Source of the DNA: Podarcis erhardii
Taxonomy: Eukaryota
Length of the DNA stretch: 64,000 nt
Assembly (NCBI GenBank): GCA_964252035.1
Contig: OZ176205.1
Reading direction: 5' to 3' (one strand)
Shown: positions 61,474 through 64,000 of the stretch, piece by piece
Numbering within the stretch: the first letter of the stretch is position 1
Layout: every line of letters begins with the position of its first letter
The notes under the pieces: model-generated
Told to the model about the DNA's origin: nothing
The model's database searches: none
The model's input: the letters and a program-made list of their open reading frames with translations, nothing else
Translations under genes and position numbers: made by a program

Positions 61474-64000
61474 TGGTTACACCCCCTTTATCTGCACATA
61501 CCCCACCTTATATTCTACTTCCAGTCATGCTTGAATCTACTTGCTTGAACCCACTCCCATCCTTTTTTAATGGTAAAGCAGTTTGTGGAGGTTGAAGTGT
61601 GCAGTCCTGTCACGGGTCTCACTACCACCTCACATACATATGTGCACAGGTAGAGCTCTTGTTCCACCCATGGTTTTTGGGATCCTACACACATCAGGCT
61701 GTGTAAATATATATATCAGTATATGCCAATAGCTGACAGCAAATTGAGCTACACAGTGCTGACGCTGCATCTCCCACATGCATTATTTCGATGTGTGAAT
61801 GGGCTGAAGTGACACGTCCCTCCTCCCCAGTATGACAAAGAAATAAAATTTATTAAGTGTTTGTAAAATACAAACATTTCTTCCTTATCTTCTCCACCTA
61901 TCATAATAATAGGCATTATTTTAGTCATAATTGCACAATGTGGTAAGGAGTCAGATCCCTTGGCAATGGAGGCTGGGTCTAGTCTCTGGAGCAGGCATGT
62001 TTTGCCTTCCCTACACAATTGTTTTCAAATGCAGTACTTTACCTTTCTCCACAGGTGTGAATAGAAATCATTCATTTATATACTGTATAAAGGTAGCCAG
62101 ATGCAAGAGGATAGGACTCCTGCACCTAAGAGTTGTGTGGATAAAGGAATTTCAACAGATACCAGGCCTCATTTATGTAGATGGATTGGAGATCAAGAAT
62201 GCAGTACCAACCATGCCTACTCAGAAGTAAACCCTACTATATTCAGCATGGACTTGCTACCAGGTAAATGGAGTTAGGATTGCAGTCTCAATCTGCTACT
62301 TGCTTCTGACAAACTCAGCCATTGATAATCAAGTCTATATTTGTCCCCCTTACCTGCTGCCTTGCAGGACATCTTAGGGAGAAGATAAGGCTAAGAATTA
62401 AACTACACAAATCTGGATTGGAATCCCTAAAATGGCTGGATGGCATCTTGTACAACTCTTTCCAGCAACTCCTGCAGCCATGCTGGTGCCCAATGTATTG
62501 CCCTGCTTTCCTTTGGATCACATCAACTTTCCTTTGGATCACGTCAGCGAGGCTAAGAAGTGGGGCTTGTCATCTGGGCAGGGCCAGATTAAGACTTTTA
62601 GAGGCCCTAAGCACTTAAAATGTTTTGGTGCCCCCATATATATCCAATTCATAATATGAACCATAATAAATTATAAAATAGTTAGAAACACTGTATGTTG
62701 GTATACAGTAATTCTTATTATGAATGTAGTTCCTGTGACCCTTCATGAACTCCCACTGAAGAGATTATATGGCTCACATGAGTAGACCACTGGCATATGA
62801 AGTAATTTAAGGAGATAAATCATGTGCAGTAACACCTGCATTCCTCTCCCCCCACCCCAAACCTGTTGTAACATTGAGTGATGAAGCAGCCTCAGACAGA
62901 TGATATTGCGTGTCATGAAAGAGTAGCAAATTGTTAGCTATTTAATGTATTGCTATTGTATTTTTACTGCAAGGGAGAAGTACTACATGTGGGATTTTCT
63001 GCCTCTGGTGTCAAAATAACTTGGCCAGCCTTAGGGATTGGGTGGTGGTAGTGTTTTTTTTATTTGCTTTTTGCATCAGGCAGCAAAAAGTATTGTACCA
63101 GCTCTGGTTCTTTCACTTACGGTAGTTTAAAAAATTCCAGATTGTTTTCTAGATCTCCCTAATTGATACTTTTAATGGATAGTTTCTAGACCTCTTTAGA
63201 TTATGAATTTACACAGAGAGATATTATATAATTTACATTTATGAATAAATACATGAATACATTATTTCCTTTTGTATAGGGAGTTGGTAATATGTAACAC
63301 ATTCCTTACTATTTTGCACACTTGTACATGTGGCTTGGACTTTAGACATTAATTCTGCTGTTATTGATTAATCCATCTTTCCTTTCCCCCCTCAGATTAG
63401 CATTTTATAGTCGTGAATTTCAAATACACTATTCAAATCATATAAAATAAAGTTAAACATAAACCCAAAAGATAAGAATATTATCCTGTATAACATTATG
63501 TTTTTTAAAGAATTAAACACTGAGTTTCAGATCATTATTCTTGCAACATAATCCATGAAAAAAATCATAGTGGATCAGTTCAATCATATTTCTAATCTAG
63601 CACAGTGTTTCAATACTAAATTTTGTTACCCATAAGTAAGCCTCACTGAGTTCAATGAGTTCAAACCTACTTGGAAGTGTGCATTGAACTTTTTGTGTGT
63701 CTTACTTCTGAGTAAACATTTATTGAATTAGTTTGCCCATCTCGTTTTTCCTCCTCCTGGATTATATAATCACCAGTCCTGAGTGTCGTTATTCCATAAT
63801 ACATACTAATTCAAACTCTTGATTATTTACAATAATGTAATAGCAGCCTGTATCTGAGAAGTAGCATAGCATTAAAATGGAAATATTGTTTCAATAAATG
63901 GAAACACTGACATGCATTTAAAGGCAACTGGGACTTGGGGCAGGTGTTATTTGCTTCTGAAATGATTCATTATTCCTCTCAGTCAACCTTCATGATTACT

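Overview
Vertebrate genomic DNA, very probably a lacertid lizard (Sauria SINE plus TA-flanked Tc1/mariner and hAT MITEs typical of squamates). It holds three intron-rich genes in the order known from human 1p34: CCDC17 (+ strand, 5' end outside the window), NASP (- strand, complete 14-exon CDS, 744 aa, 23343-38404) and AKR1A1 (- strand, complete 8-exon CDS, 327 aa, 44460-55547). The main surprise lies between the last mammal-type CCDC17 exon (~8.55 kb) and NASP. A chain of 17 phase-consistent GT-AG exons (11465-21997) encodes ~760 further residues. Together with the CCDC17 C-terminal region, these appear to form four tandem C2-like beta-sandwich repeats, either an ancestral long CCDC17 or a fissioned sister gene. 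Other notable items: a 5'-inverted (twin-primed) L1 insertion with TSDs in NASP intron 13, a ~340-bp hairpin just before the last exon of the extension, a ghost copy of an exon end, a 3x30-bp coding repeat in NASP, and several candidate NASP first exons. Exons were read by hand from splice signals and frame. Gene identities rest on my recall of the orthologous proteins and synteny; no database search was run. No CRISPR, rRNA or tRNA genes were seen.
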